Shown: piece by piece, positions 15,001 to 30,000 of the stretch
Layout: each line of letters opens with the position of its first letter
Numbering within the stretch: the first letter of the stretch is position 1
Assembly (NCBI GenBank): GCA_051294905.1
Contig: CM119374.1
Coordinates: forward strand, 25,854,001-25,918,000
Reading direction: 5' to 3'
Length of the DNA: 64,000 nt
Origin: Botryllus schlosseri
Lineage: Eukaryota
Position numbers and translations under genes: made by a program
Notes under the pieces: generated by a model
The model's database searches: none
What the model saw: the letters and a program-made list of their open reading frames with translations, nothing else
Told to the model about the DNA's origin: nothing

Positions 15001-18000
15001 GAATCACAACACTATGACTCAGACTCGACCGTCTGCTCTCCGACTTGGACTCCGACTTGTGTCGGTGGTGAGTTGAAAATGAATCGACTTGACTTGATTC
15101 AAAACTATTTAGAATGGAGGTTGGCTCGTGAGTGGGAAGCATGTGGCTTGGTTACAACACTGCTGTATATCCACAACTTTCCTCTTAGTATAACTGTATC
15201 TATTCAGGTTGTTATTTTTGTTGTTCGTGGTATTCGTGGTGTTTTTCGACTGCAATGATTATTTCAACCGGGCTGATGTTTTTTTACTATGATTCCATAT
15301 CTCCCCACTTCTAGGCTTTTTGAGATATCACTTACGCGAAACATATGGCAAGGAGGAGCCTAGATCAACCTCCAACACTTAGGTAGGTATGTATACAGGT
15401 TATTGTGCATTTAACACGTACTATTGAATACACAATATAAAACCTGATGTTTAATCCGCTAAACAATTCCGACATAGCTGTGTTTTCTCATATGCATCAA
15501 CAGAGGAGTGATCAACAAAATGCAGTGAGAATTATTGCGTTGTACAATGGCTGCAGACCAAGTGACACTCCGGCCTCGAATAAAGACACTATTCACAATA
15601 CATGCACAGTATACTGCATAGTCGATAGTGAGAATCGCCGTGGCAGGCTCTAGATCCAGTGTGAAAGACACATAGCAATCACACAGGAAAAAAGCCATAC
15701 ATAGCGACACACAGTAATATGCCAGTCATAAGTTGAAATCGCATTACATTAGCCGCATAGTACCCACCTGCGTAACGTCTGCAGTCCAGTAGACAAGACT
15801 CGACGCCAGTATCACTTGACCCGGCCATTGCAGGCACCATTTCTTGAAATCAGTAAGAGGGTAGCTTTCAATCGCTTGTTCCATGACGACACGAATGCTG
15901 TTTATCATTTCTTGCTCCACCTGAATAGCGATGGTGATAATTCTATTATTACGAAAATGATATGACAATGTTCAACTCGCTAGGTACACACGATGATGGA
16001 CACTATGAAAATACCCCGATAATCATCATCCAATATCAATATCGTCTTAGCGAACACAAGAAAATAAAGTCATAAACCTTAATGGTATGATAATAACACT
16101 TATTATAATCCCACCCGCGATGAACGAAATCATACAATACTCAGAAAACGATCATCAACGTACGTACTAAATCATAATAGTTATATATTCGTAGCGACGG
16201 CATTACAATAGTGTCCTAAACCACCCTGAAATGAAACTAAACATAAACACTGATATGACGTCAGCAGCTGACGTGGTGAATGGCTTCGTTCGTGAGTGAA
16301 AGTAACCAATTGATTCACACAGGAATAACAAAGCCATACTCCAAGACAGCCTTCATGTATGCTATTGTAAGCGTACACTCTGTGAATACATGAGTGGAAA
16401 ATGGGTGTATTTAAAAAATTCCAATCATAGTGTGGGGTGCAAATCAGGTAAACGCTACTTTTAGGAGCAAAATTCTGCTTTCTCGCCGTTCTAATGGGTA
16501 AAAATGAGTCAAATACACCAATGCTTATGGAGATATATCCTAACTCGGAATTTTAACGCGGTTATAAATCCTACCTGCCTACGTCCCTACGTGCAAATAT
16601 CATTTGGATTAAAATGTTGTGTTTGATTCATACCGCGGTTCAAGTATGACGTAGGTGCATATGCACATTGCACACCCGTATATCACGGGTGGTACACGGG
16701 TGTGAACAGTCTGAACACACACTTTTTACGTTAAGAATGTAGCAACACTAACTGCCGTACCTCCCAAAGCCATTTTTCGACGAGACCACCGGCCTCAGCG
16801 GTACGTATCTGGTTCGCCAGCGGCACGCGCTCGTCTTCCGCGCTCAGCATCGCGTCGATACGTTTGTCTTCGGTGAACTCCAGTTTGGCGATTCCCTCGA
16901 AGCATTTCTTGAGATGCGGCTGGACGCGGAGCGGGTCTTTCGTCTCCGATAAGATCTCCAGCAGCTCGTCGTTGGATAGGAAGAAAAATCTGCGAATGTC
17001 GAAGATATAGGTAATACAGTTGAAGGCACAAACAGTGTAATATATAAAAGCGAACAAGCTGTCCTTGACATATTCTATTCGATGCTATACGCATCCGTAC
17101 ATACTCACGAGGAGAGGTGGTTGCTGACGAAGTACTTTCACTTTTTCGTAGTACCCAAGCATGTTTTTGCCTATTTGCAATGCTTACTCAAGCGGTTATG
17201 ATTTTTGACTACTTTCGCTTCTACTCAACAGTTTCCAGTTATTAGGCAAATTAGATTTAGAACACTTATTTTCGCTTACTTGGAAGTCGCTATTCTATTT
17301 TGAGTAGAAATTAACGTTACTTCTACTTTACCACCAACGATCTCGACTAATCATAATCATCATGGCATGTCAGAACTATGTTTCGCGGAACTGAGGTTGA
17401 CAATCACGACAAAGGATGATTCAAAAATATTATACTATTAACATTATTGTACGCCACCGACTCCCGTATCCCGTGAAAGGTATTTTACGTTTTATGATAT
17501 ATAGCGGCGACGCCAAACTGTCTATGAATGAAGTGGTGTTGCCAGCGTTGATTCTAGGGGGGTAACATATCGTAACTCGATGTTCAGTTACATTTGATCG
17601 ATTAGACTCCGAATACATGTTTAATATCTTACCTCGGAAAGAACAGTCTTTTCTTTTCTAGGTAGAGGTTCAGTCCTTTCTGTATGTCTTCTAACAATGC
17701 CTCCGAGTCCTTCAGGTCTTCGAGCATGGAGGGATAACTCAGCACGGTCATGACGTTGGGATTTTGACACGTTCGTTTCATGACATTTTTGTACATGTGG
17801 TCGACCTGGTGGGAGCGGATAACGTAAGTAATTATGACGACAGCACTGACAGCAATCTTAGAAACTATTTCAAATAACGATATCAGCAGATAACTTCCAG
17901 ATATCGATATCCATTGACGGCGTGCAATAGAGGATATATCTGCGCTGGAATTCGCATTTTTGCATTTTGAACCCATTAATTATGTGGTATGACTACCAAT

Positions 18001-21000
18001 AATACGCCAAAATCCCCATGTCGAAAAAATAACTCTCAGCGAAGCTAATACACTAAATATGGCCAGAAGTAGCAATGTGGGATTTCGTCAAGAGGAATTG
18101 CTATTGGCATACTTATTTCGGATTCTGTTCAAAATTAAGATATAATTATAACTCTTCTTGAACAGCATGGTTCAACGAATGCATCTCCGCATAATCTCGA
18201 AGATATAAACTTTATCAACGCAAATATATATGTCAAACTAGTATAGGGCTAACTCTTTTGAAAGATATCAAGTCAAAGATAGCTACTGACCTTGGTAAAA
18301 AGTTCCCCTTGCTGTGGAATCTGTCGCCTGATATCTTCGGACCCGAAAATCGGGTCCAGATACAACCACGCCGCTTGTACGACGAGCCAGCAGTCAATGA
18401 TGTTTCTCGCTTTCTCCTGCAAATTATTCGCGCACCGTGACGTATACCGGGTCGTAAACATATACAGCCCGCGTGGTACAAGGTGAAATCGCACTACCTC
18501 GTATCGCATTTATTCTGCGCGGGAATCAGGGATCTATATATGAAACCTATAGTACTTCATACGTTTCACAACTATCGTCGTGTAAAAGTAAGTATTGGGC
18601 GTAGGCAACGAATATTTTGAACTAATTACTAAGATGTGCATATGGGGAAAACAAAAGAATCTGAGAGCCCGTGAATTAATTGCGCGTACATGAATACGGG
18701 TAGCTTGGATAAAAGTTTCGGAGGGGTGTTAAAATAGTTGGCGGCGGAAGAAAATTTTCAACAACAACACGACGTCATAGATACATTATGACGTAGTGAT
18801 TACAAATTTCGTCACAATCAGTCGGTCGAAAAGTTAAGGAAAAAGAGGTTTTCGATCCCCACCTCCGCCCCTGACATACACACACAAGTAATGGAAAGCT
18901 ATATTGAGAGCATTAAAATGCAATATTCTCGTTTTAAGCTACTATATTTCTATTAGGTCTCTGTAAGTATTCTTACCAATGTCTCCTCCCAGACCTGTAT
19001 CTCCTCTTTGAACGGCTCGATGAAAGGCGAACCTTTCATCGTGTGGGTTTTTACGACGTGGTCATCGAGCAGTAACTGAATATCGTCTACTGCGGAAAGC
19101 ACGGAGATGTCTTGGTCTCGGTAAGACGCCAGGCCGAATTCAACGTTTTTCCAATCGTCTTTCATTTTCGTTAATGCCTTGGATAGTAAAGTTAGACATA
19201 GGTATATAATTAATGGATTATGTGACCACAACTTGATGTGATGCACTTGACGATCAATGAGAATCGATATTCGGTTTATATTACATGCATTTTTGCAATG
19301 GATGCTGCTATGAAAGCAATCTTCAGATTCTGTACAACGAAACGGCTATTCTAGAATCGATCATGACAAAATTCACTATTGGAAAGGGATGATATTGGAG
19401 TCCTTGGTTTTAATGAGCCCAATCATGTATTGTGCAATTATGCATTTCTTTAAGATTCGATAAGATATACGAGTTATAATAAATGTATTATTCCAATGGA
19501 TGTTGTGATAAAACCAATATTCACGTCCCATGCCACGAAGCATCTATTGAGAATCGATCAATGAGAATAATGAGGATAGAACTTGCTGGAGGAAAGAGAT
19601 AGCATTGGAGTGTTTGGTTGTATTAAGTTTAATCATGTACAATTGTGCGTGCATTTATTTACAAGTTACAGTCCGAGTGAATGGTAAACCTGAATATAAG
19701 CTCAACTTGGCACTATTATGCAACTCGGCTCGGTTTATTAGCATTTATCAGTTCAATACACCACGAAAATTGCGATACAATGAAGAGATAGGAAGGTGTC
19801 GAAACGACTTGGGGTTGTCTTTGGAATCAGACACCAACCTTGGCCTATGCGATGTAAAGAGGAGGCATGCACACTGAATGCCAAGTAAAAGAAAAAAAGT
19901 ATATAGAAAATGGGGCGGCATGTCACGGAAGGCGAGATCGATAGGTCAGGTCGTGGTCCGTTGATCTTGAGGACGGACTAGTATTCAATTAGTAGAAATT
20001 GCTTGTTTTTCGACTTGAATGTGGACACTGGACATGCTCGTAGACTGTCGGATAGCCGGCGGGATACTGAGTTGATGCAACAATACGTCCAGCATGCTTC
20101 AACCTATCACTTGGATTACATATGTAGATTACAGATGCGTTTATCACAAACTTTTAGCGTGCTCGAGATTAGTTAAGAAATTCCTCTGCAGTGTTGCATC
20201 GATGATTGTTCGTTTTCAACGTCACGAACCTGTTCCAGTGCGTATTCCTTTCGTGCTTGATTACTGATGTGAGTCAAATTCTCAAGATGCTTCTCCAGTC
20301 CCATGTCCAGCATTTGAGAGAGTGGAGTGTCTTCTTTGGGGGTTAATTCACGACCGGCCTGCAAGTGTACGTGTCTGTGAGCGGCCACTGCGGTATCCGT
20401 AACTTATAACCCGAAGTGTTCAAATTAGTCATAGTTGGTACTCATGTAGAAGTATCACATGCGAAAGTAGCAATTTCCAAGACATTCGAAAACTACTTCA
20501 AGTGGAAATAAAAAAGTTCTTAAAAGTACTCAAGTGCGTCGTCACAAATTCTCTAGACTTGGTCGAGGGTGACATGTACTTTTAGCAGTTAATGGAAGGT
20601 GACTACTTTGCAAAATGCAGGGTGCATCTTAGCGACTTACCCAAAATAACCAATGACGCTGCATACAGGTAAGATCTTCGAAAATATATACAGTTACCGT
20701 TATACAGGGGGTTATTTCACGCGTTTTTTATGACAATTTCACTAACAAAAATGACGCAAAATTATCCCGAAACAACTTTGAATGCCAGCTTTTTAAAATT
20801 CAATTTGTGAAATGTGAGAATTTTTACCAAAAATTTTCATGTAGAAGTGGGATTCGTCTGAAAGGTAGACAAAAACCTACTTGAATGTTCCGAAAAAGTA
20901 CGACTATTTCGTAACTGACCACTGCTTATCACCAACACATACCTGTTCGGACATCAGCTCCCAATGGCGTGATTTGATGCCTGGATTGCACAGTGCGTTG

Positions 21001-24000
21001 ATGAGGGGCATGTTCAGTCGGAACTTCTCGAGTTTGGCTTTGATCATGGCCGCCGCCCGCAACGGTCCCACGAACTCCGGATGTTGAAATCTCCGGGTCA
21101 ACTTGTAGCTTGTCTTCCACAAATTCGCAACCTTTTAAATAAGCGCGGTGTAAAGAAATTGTCGAATGACACAAAGTGTAACTTGAGTTTTTGCGAACGA
21201 AATTTTCGTTTGAACCAAATTACATGCGTGGAACCTTATCAAATGCATACCTTGCTCGCTACCAAATGGATGTAATAATATTTCCGTACATTGATATCAC
21301 GCTTTGGAAGAAGCATCGGTTTCGTCCAAAAATCGGCAATTTTAGTGACGTCAAAGCATGGTAGTATAGAGTCAGAGAACCATACTGTATTATGTATACA
21401 TGCGACTTCTAGCTGGGAAAAGATATATTTCTCATAGCTTACTGCTGTCTAGATGCAGCTTGTCTATTTTTTCACCTTCCTGCATTACCATGGCTGTTAA
21501 ACATTTAAAGTGAATGCTGTATAGTTTCGGAACTGCGCCTTAACCTGGATGGTATATCTTTTGAATATCAGCTGAATACATCAGCGTTATCGGTGAAGCT
21601 CCCTGATTATTTATTTTATCGGTATCGGGTCAAATTCTGATGTCGTTTGCACTCTAGTCATATGCAAAACTTGAATCACGCTTTCAAATGTGCATTCATT
21701 TCAACCGTGACTACTTTGTTAGGTTAGAAGTCGTTTTTGTACTTGGGAGTGAATTTTCCAGAACATCATTCACCACTATATTCTTGCACCATTACCGACT
21801 CGGTTTGGATACGACCTAATTAAATTTGACGTAAATTTGTCCTGGTAGGATTATGATGTCCCAATCAAACCAACACTACGTGCTGCTGTGTGCGTTATGT
21901 ATTAGTTTTAAACGGCAAATAGTCGCAAGAGCAATACCTCTTCCTCCACGATTTCTGCGTTTACGTTCAGTAACGGCCCGTTCATCCAGCGGTCGTATTT
22001 TGCGTAAAAATCAACGGCCGTCCTCCACAACTTGTCGAAAGGCTCCTTCTTTATCACGAGTTCTTGAATTTGAGGATACGAGCTGATGTGACCGACGTTG
22101 AGCAATGCTTCTTCGCGATTAACTTGTTGTTTCTGGAAATCATTGAGCAATCTATACAATACTCTCCGCATGCTCGTATTATGTTATCTGCAATGCTTCC
22201 TATTACGAGAAAAGCTTTCTTTAATCAGCTAGCTAATATGGTAGTGACAGTTATGTAATGTGGCAACGTTTGTTGGTCAAATACCAAGTCAGATCTTGAT
22301 AGCTCAGTCTTCACTCTACATATCCTCTGAGGTTTATGACTTATTTTTAGGATATAATAATCTGATAAACCCCCGTACCATCATATCATGTCTTCTGAAC
22401 ATTTCTAGGACGAAATTTGAATACCGAATGATCGTTTCAGAGTAGAAGACACATATTGGATAATTACACATTCCGAGAACCGGTGTATAATACTTAGTAT
22501 TTACGCAATTTTTGATACGGACCTCTTCCATAAATCCTGTAATCGTTGCTTGAATGTCCTCCAATATCGCCAGATACTTTTGAGCTTCCGCCATTTTTTC
22601 TTTCTTTCTGAAATCTTTCAGCGTGACTGCAGTCTCTTCGAGTCGTCTTTCCATGTCTTTTTGCCTCTCCTTCAACCGCTTCACTTTCATGTCGTGTTCT
22701 CGTTGCATTCGTTTCTCACTGAATATTAGCGACATGGGACATGAGAGATATGGAGGTGAACTGTCGGGTTGTGACACAGTCAGTCCTTCCTACCTACACC
22801 CGTGCCCCGAGTTTGTGTGATTCATAATTTCAAGTACAGTCGGTTTTGGTAAACTGTTAATGGTAGGTCGACTAAACGAATTCTGCGTCCTATGAGAGTT
22901 GGGTAATAATTTTGTGATGTTTTGTCCTATATTTTGATCGTTTCAGGTTGCCACTAGCCAGATGTGCCTAAAGTATGGTCAGCGTTGCTTCTCAAGTAGA
23001 AGTAGAAGCAACACAGTAGACTTCTATTAAATTACAAGTACATGTAGCAATTTCCAAGAAATATCAAATATACATCAAGCCGCACTGGAAAATGAAAAGT
23101 ATGAAAATTACTCAAGTATATAGGTTAAAAAATGTTCTATGGTCATATCATATTGGCTACATTCGAGATTGCAAAATGTATCTTTGTGAATAATGCTAAA
23201 TGACTCACGACACTACACTAAGCTAAAATACTGGAAGAGATATTCGATTGTTGTGGTACACCAGCTATTTCACGCAGTTCCTTTGACAATTTCCATCACA
23301 AAAGTGGGGTAAATTTATCCCAAACTACTTTCTATTAAAAAAATCAAATGCAAGACTTCTTGGGGGCACAGAACTTCAATATAAAATTTAATATTATATT
23401 CATATTGAGATAAGCCCGAATATTTTCGGCTGACGCTCGTCACGGGTAATCGTCAACATTCTCTACTAGTTGCTGACGATTATCCCGACGAGTGTCAGCC
23501 GAAAATATTCGGGTTCACTTCCATATGAATATATTATCAATTGAAAAGGTATGTAATTTCGTCTTACAAAGTGTTCAAGAAAAAGCAAAATTATAATCTA
23601 TAAACACAAGTACTCGAGTAAGTAGTGAAGGCAGACAAAACCTAGTTGAGTACGTACCATGAAATACCTCTACCTAGTTGAGTGAAGGTAGACGTATTTC
23701 ATTGCGGACCACTTCTAGAGACAGCATAAGAATATCTAACCCTTTTCAAAGTGCTTCATTGGAACTCAACGCAATAACCGTCCCACTTTGTTATAAACAC
23801 GGCACACTCTGGTTCAAAATCTCGTACCCTATACACAGAAATATTGAAAATCTCTTTGCTCGCATACCTTGTTCGTATGATGGGAATAATCCTGCTTGGC
23901 CACGAGAAAGTATTCGAGTTGAGATGAATGTCCGTATCGGAGAGGTAAGAATACTCCATCAAAAACATCAAATTCTTCCCGGCTAGTTCAAGCATGTCGC

Positions 24001-27000
24001 GCAGCTTCAGAAGCTGACCGGACGGGAGACCGTCAACGTATTCCTGCAGCTCCACAAGATCAGAGGTCCTACAATGGTACAAAATGAGATGCTTCGGGTA
24101 GCGATTGTATCGTTGGTAAACATGTCATCATGGTCATCATCTTGCATCTAATTACGGCACTGATTTCAACAGCATTGAATATACGAAAGTAATACATTCA
24201 TATTGAATTTTTGTTCTTTCTAATCACCCCTGACGAGAGTCAGCCGAAAATATTCGAGTTTATTTCATTATGAATATATTTGTTCAATTGAACTTACCCG
24301 TCGACGTGGGTGGTAATTTTCCGGACGATTTGATCGTATTCATGGCATATCTCGCGGTTGTAGAATCGCGAAATGTCCTCGACATGATCAACCATGAGCT
24401 TGTGCAAATTTTTGGCTCTTTCCAAAAGCCACTGTAACAAAAGCGGATAACCTTTACCTTTAACCTTTACATGCGACAGGGAACTGCACACTCTAGCCCA
24501 GAACTATTGAATGTATACTCACTTACATATCCAATGATAATAAAGTGCACAGGGGAATTTATATCATCAGAAATACTAACGTTCAATTTATATCGTATAA
24601 CCTGCAAATGACACCGTAAATGACGTCGATGGGTAACTTAATGGCAAGTCCGGTATAACTGAGGTGGAAGCACGGACACTGCTGCTATCAAACCATTGTG
24701 TGCATGAATTGAATCTGAGAGAAATGACAAATTAAGCGTGTTAAAAAAATCTCATAAACAGTGCGATGTATATCACACGTAATAAGACGCTTAACATGAG
24801 TTGAATGCCGCGCAGCCGTAACGATTTCATTTTATAAATCGTCGGACAGAATCGACACGATTCATTCGATCATAGAGTCCGTTAGTAATTTTTCATTTAC
24901 GTACAGCACTAAAGTTGACAATCATACCTGATTCAAGGCAACGCAGTCCAGTAAGAAAAGATTCATCGGCGCGTAGACAGGAAGAAGCTCGATACTGCTC
25001 ATCATCCTTCGCAGTTTATCGAGCTCCTTCACGTAAGATCGTAACGATGGTTCCTTGCTCAGGAAGTTCTCGACTTTCTTCACCGTCTTATCGTCGAGCA
25101 GATAATAGTATATCGGTTCGTACGTGCTGCGGTATCTGTCAAGGAACAACTGAGGAGTTCAAACTAGTGTATGTAGCCTACTACTGGATGTATTTTCGAA
25201 ATTATAGTTACTAATTTTTAGGGGCTATTTCGGCCATTTCTGTCGACAATTTCAATCATAAACATGATCGGAACACATACCAGGAGGACTACTCTTTACT
25301 TTATAAATTACAAAGCCTGAAAGGTAAGTGTACTATAGGCCTACTTGCTTTGCCGAAATACATGTTAATTCGAAGTGAAAGTAGCGTGGAAGTGTAACCA
25401 CTTGAATGCGTACCGCAAGTGGACGAAATGTCCTTGAATACAGTTCAAGAATAGAAGCGCTTCTTTACTGGCCACCTTTGAGAAATCGTCAGACCTAGAC
25501 ACCGCTCGCGATAAGAAGCTATAAATTTACGCGCTTCAATTTCAAATAAAACATGTTGCACGCAAAGTCGTATCATTGGAAACGGCAGACTCTGTCCGCT
25601 ATTTTTATAAGTCACATTTTAAGAACACATTCATTCGTACTGGATTCAGGATTTGAAAATTTCACAAACGAACCGGAACGCCAACAAATATAAACAAAGC
25701 GGCGTCCAAGACTAAGAAAACACAGGATGTCACGAAACCACACAGATTCATCACAAATATTATCACAAGGGCCCACAGTACAATTGTCTCCTAGTGGGGA
25801 TAGGTATAATATGCGTGATCAAAACAAGGCATTGTCTCGGCCTTGTACTGGACAGTGGACATAGACATGTTTGTCTGTGACATATTTTACACCGGATGAT
25901 CTGGCAGTTTGGATCGCGAGATGTCAATTATTGGTTTCGGGTTCGAATCTGTGTAAACGTACACGTTTCATGGGCGAGAATTTGTAGAATTGAAGAATGT
26001 TATATAACAAATTCATTATGGCGGAACGGATTTCGTGGTGAATCGATCGTATCGATAGGGGTTGTTTTGATAGCGCCTAACCTCTTTGGGGCTATTCTCT
26101 GTTTCCCGCCTGATTCGTGGGATTCATCCGCACATTAGCGTGTCAATTTGATAAGCCCGCTGTCATATCTGCTTACTCGCGCCAGCTATATGCGCCACAG
26201 AGGCTTGATATGGATGCCCGTTTCAATGCGTATTACTCCGAACTTACAGGGTTTAGACTTCATAATGTGAATGCATAGGTGGTAAACAGGTGTGTTAGGT
26301 GGGATTACTATACTCCCTTAGGATGTATCCATATCATTTCCGCCCATTAATAACCGCTTACTTGTTCGGTCCATGACTGTTGTTTTCGATGACCGCCGCG
26401 ACTCGTTGCTTGGCGACCGCCACAATTTCTTCATTCACGGTAACGGTGGACAAATAGTGGCCGGGCGAGTCGGTGACCGTTTGAAACAACAATTGTTCGA
26501 TTCGTGGAAGCTCTTCGACGCTCTGTTGATACAGAATTTTGTTTTCCACGCCAAGAATGTTAACTTCGTTTCGAGTTGACTGGACCGTAGTTAACGGAAG
26601 GTCAGTGTTTTTTTAAGTAAACTTGGTTAACACTAATTGATCATTATATACAATACAATGTAAAGATAAGTTCGCATATGTTAGAAAATAAACAGAGGTG
26701 GTCAATGTATGCTCAGCACCGCTACTCTCTACGGTACTTCAAGTAGAAGTAGTAGGTAGTTGGCAAAACTTAGTTAAGTAGGGGAGATGTGGTACCGATG
26801 GATCACTGGGACCGAAAATACTTGAAAAATTCTCCATGATAATTCCATGATTACACTCCGTGAATTTGTCTACAATTCCATGCTGGCAGAATCTTTCCTC
26901 ACATGCAAAAAAAATCAACCTGCGTGAGTTATGGGGTCTGTGGCGAATGATTTACGTTTTAGGGGGTTTAAAGTAAATTTGGATCGACATCTGCATTTTT

Positions 27001-30000
27001 CTATATCACCTTTCGGACTAACAAATCCGTCATAACTTTTGATGTGAAGTATAGGGCTTGTATCAGGGTATATAATGACACATATTTTTTGAATCAATAA
27101 CATCCTCGAGTGGACCATATTCAAGTCAATTACAATATTTATGGGGTGGGGGACCTATGGTACCATAGCCAAATCAAGCAAAATAAATAGACCAACTATT
27201 CACTTAACAACAGAAACTCGCCTACTTATATATAGGCTGTAAATCATAGTTACCTGCTGTGGTGTCTTATCGCTATTACGAGGAATTTGAAGGTCAAAAT
27301 GTCGATTTCCGGGTAATATGTATGTGGCAATAATTTTGTAAGTTTAGGCGTAAATCAAAACATGATTTTATGCCAACATTTGAGTTGATATAATCTATTT
27401 TATTCTTGAAGGTCACGACGAAACATTCTTCATTGGCTTGCTGTAGCTTAGCTTATAGTACACAACAAAACAAGTTAACAAATTTGAGTTTTTGAGCGTA
27501 TGTCTCCTAGGTCCCATGGTCGTGTGCCTTTGGACCCACCGGGTGGGGACCGATAACACGTTCGAGCAACAAACTTTAAACGTTTATAAATACTTTTTGA
27601 AAAGGCGTATATTCATGTAAATGTCCGCGATACGTAGAGCTTGTATCGAAGTGTTGAGACAGCAAAAGATCTGCTATTCTCGGCTGAAGATTAGGGGGCC
27701 AGAGATCATTTTGCAATTTTTGATCCACCGGTACCACATCTCCCCTACTCTTCTGATCTAGATACATCGCTGTTGAACATCACTGAAAATACGAGATAGA
27801 GGGACACTAACATTGAGATGGCAAAACACATACATTGAGTATAACATGGTATGGTATTCCTGAGTGTAAGACATTGCACAGAGAAAGATTAATACAATGT
27901 AGCAATGCATGTACAATGTACATAGTACATAGATTCATTGTACATAGACCATGATAATGTGCAAATGACACACGTGTTTAGGAACCCTCTCATTTGACTT
28001 TGAGGTAAATCGCACAATACTGCGTTCGTGTCAACACTATGAGTTAATTCTTTGGAACATAGGACTTAGCTGTTGACCTGGAGTGCTTACCTTGACCAAG
28101 ACGTCGATGACTTCATGCATCACGACTGTAATTTGTGAGAAATCAGGTGAAAATTGGGTGATAGCATTGACAGAGTCCGCTGCCTGCGATGACACCAGAT
28201 TAGGTATATGTTTGCGATATTTAATATTAGCATCTTCTCACCATGAATATTCTGAAAGGACGCGCTTTAGTCGGGTGCTGATGACCGCTTTCGACGTACG
28301 ATTCGTCGTAGTTGTTGCCATTTCTGCGTTATCAAGATAGAGCATGATATATCGGACACTTACTGACAGGAAAATGTAAATAACGGAGAGCATTTTGACG
28401 TGTGATCACAACCAAGTCACTTTACTTATATTTATAATGTTGCTTCAATCTGATGGAGAATGAATTGGAGTGAAATTTGTGTCAGCTAAACGTCAGGGTG
28501 ATTATCAACAGAATATGCAACAACAGAATTATGATACGAAAGAGTTGGAGCTACGTGAGAGTGTCATTTCATCACGTTAGATATAAAGCCCAAGGAAAAT
28601 ATTCTCAAGCTGACCATAGAAAATTTATATCTGTGAGCAGGGAATTAAAATGCGATACTCACGCGTAGATTTCCAACAAGCACACCAAATCGTGGATGGA
28701 CATCCTCACTATTTCGCGGAGCAAGTTCGACATCAAGCAAGCGACGCAGTTGAAAAACCTGTCCAAAGCTTCCGACCTGGACACCTAAAAAGCGAAATCT
28801 TCGGTAAAGAGACAAAGTTGACTTGTATTTCTCAAGGCGGCTATTTATCAACTATAATATCCCTTTTCGGGTAAGCTGATAGGTTCTTCCTACCACCACT
28901 TCTTACCTAAAACTCCGTGTCTTTTCGATAACCTGACTTTGAACTTTTTGGATTCGTTCGTATGTAAGTTCGTATCAAGGTATTCGTTAGATTTGGGTTG
29001 CACTTACTGAGCATTACTACGAGCACTTTACTTGATTACTTGATTACTCTGGCATTGTTCGTTGTTTTATCGCTGGTGAATAAATATACAACGCAACTGT
29101 AGTACTGCGTTACAGCTTGGCGTCTGCTATTATTCACGCGCGTGAAGCTTAGGGCTGAGTTCTATATAGTATTCTATAGGTCTAGTTTTTCCTAAAAACT
29201 GAAACCTGTTAAGTAGAAGTAATAGTCTGTAATCATAACCACTTTTGTAGGCTATACAAGTATTCAAAACCTACTTGAGTACTCCGAAAAAGTAGATGTA
29301 CAATATCGTTACTGAACACCTCTTGGCATTTTCTTGTGTCAAAATAATACAGTTCAAACATGCGGTTATATTCCACAAATTGATATTTGAGGCAAATTTG
29401 CGCGCGAGAATTTGGTGGTATTTCATCTTTATAAAATGATTAAAATGACAAGCCCTTCGGCGATTCGGCTTGAAACTGTAATTCGAGGCTATATTTCGCA
29501 TTTCTGGATCATTAGAAGATATCAATTTCAAAGAAAACCCGCCATGACGTCACAATACCGTCCCAGATTTGGGCGTGCGAATTTGGTTACATTTCATCTT
29601 TAAACCGGGTTTAAAATTATATGCCATTAAGACATTCGCTGTAAAAGTCCGACTGGTGCCTGTATTTCGCATTTCTGTGCACTTATAAAGTATGGCAATA
29701 TGGGTTCAGTGGACACATGAACTGAGCATGCGACATAATAGCATGTGGCTTAAATTATTTCGCGTCAAGATTGGATTATGATTGGATTTAGGGTTATGTT
29801 AGGGTTAAGGTTGCGGGCATGGGTGAAGTGTCCCATGCTCAACTCTCTTTTTTCAATGCTATCATATCTGTACCTTCCTTATCCACTGGCATATGCACAC
29901 CATGCACCCATGGTATGCATGCACATTGCACAACGTACACAGATCGTATGTGCCGTAAAAGCATCGGGGACAAAAATACAAAAAGCCCTTTCCCATTCCA

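Noticed and set aside
17292-17307. ATTCTATTTTGAGTAG resembling the Ciona spliced-leader sequence
   Set aside because: It lies inside a reverse AGTAGAAG MITE, has no following GT donor and no Sm site, and is a short AT-rich match.
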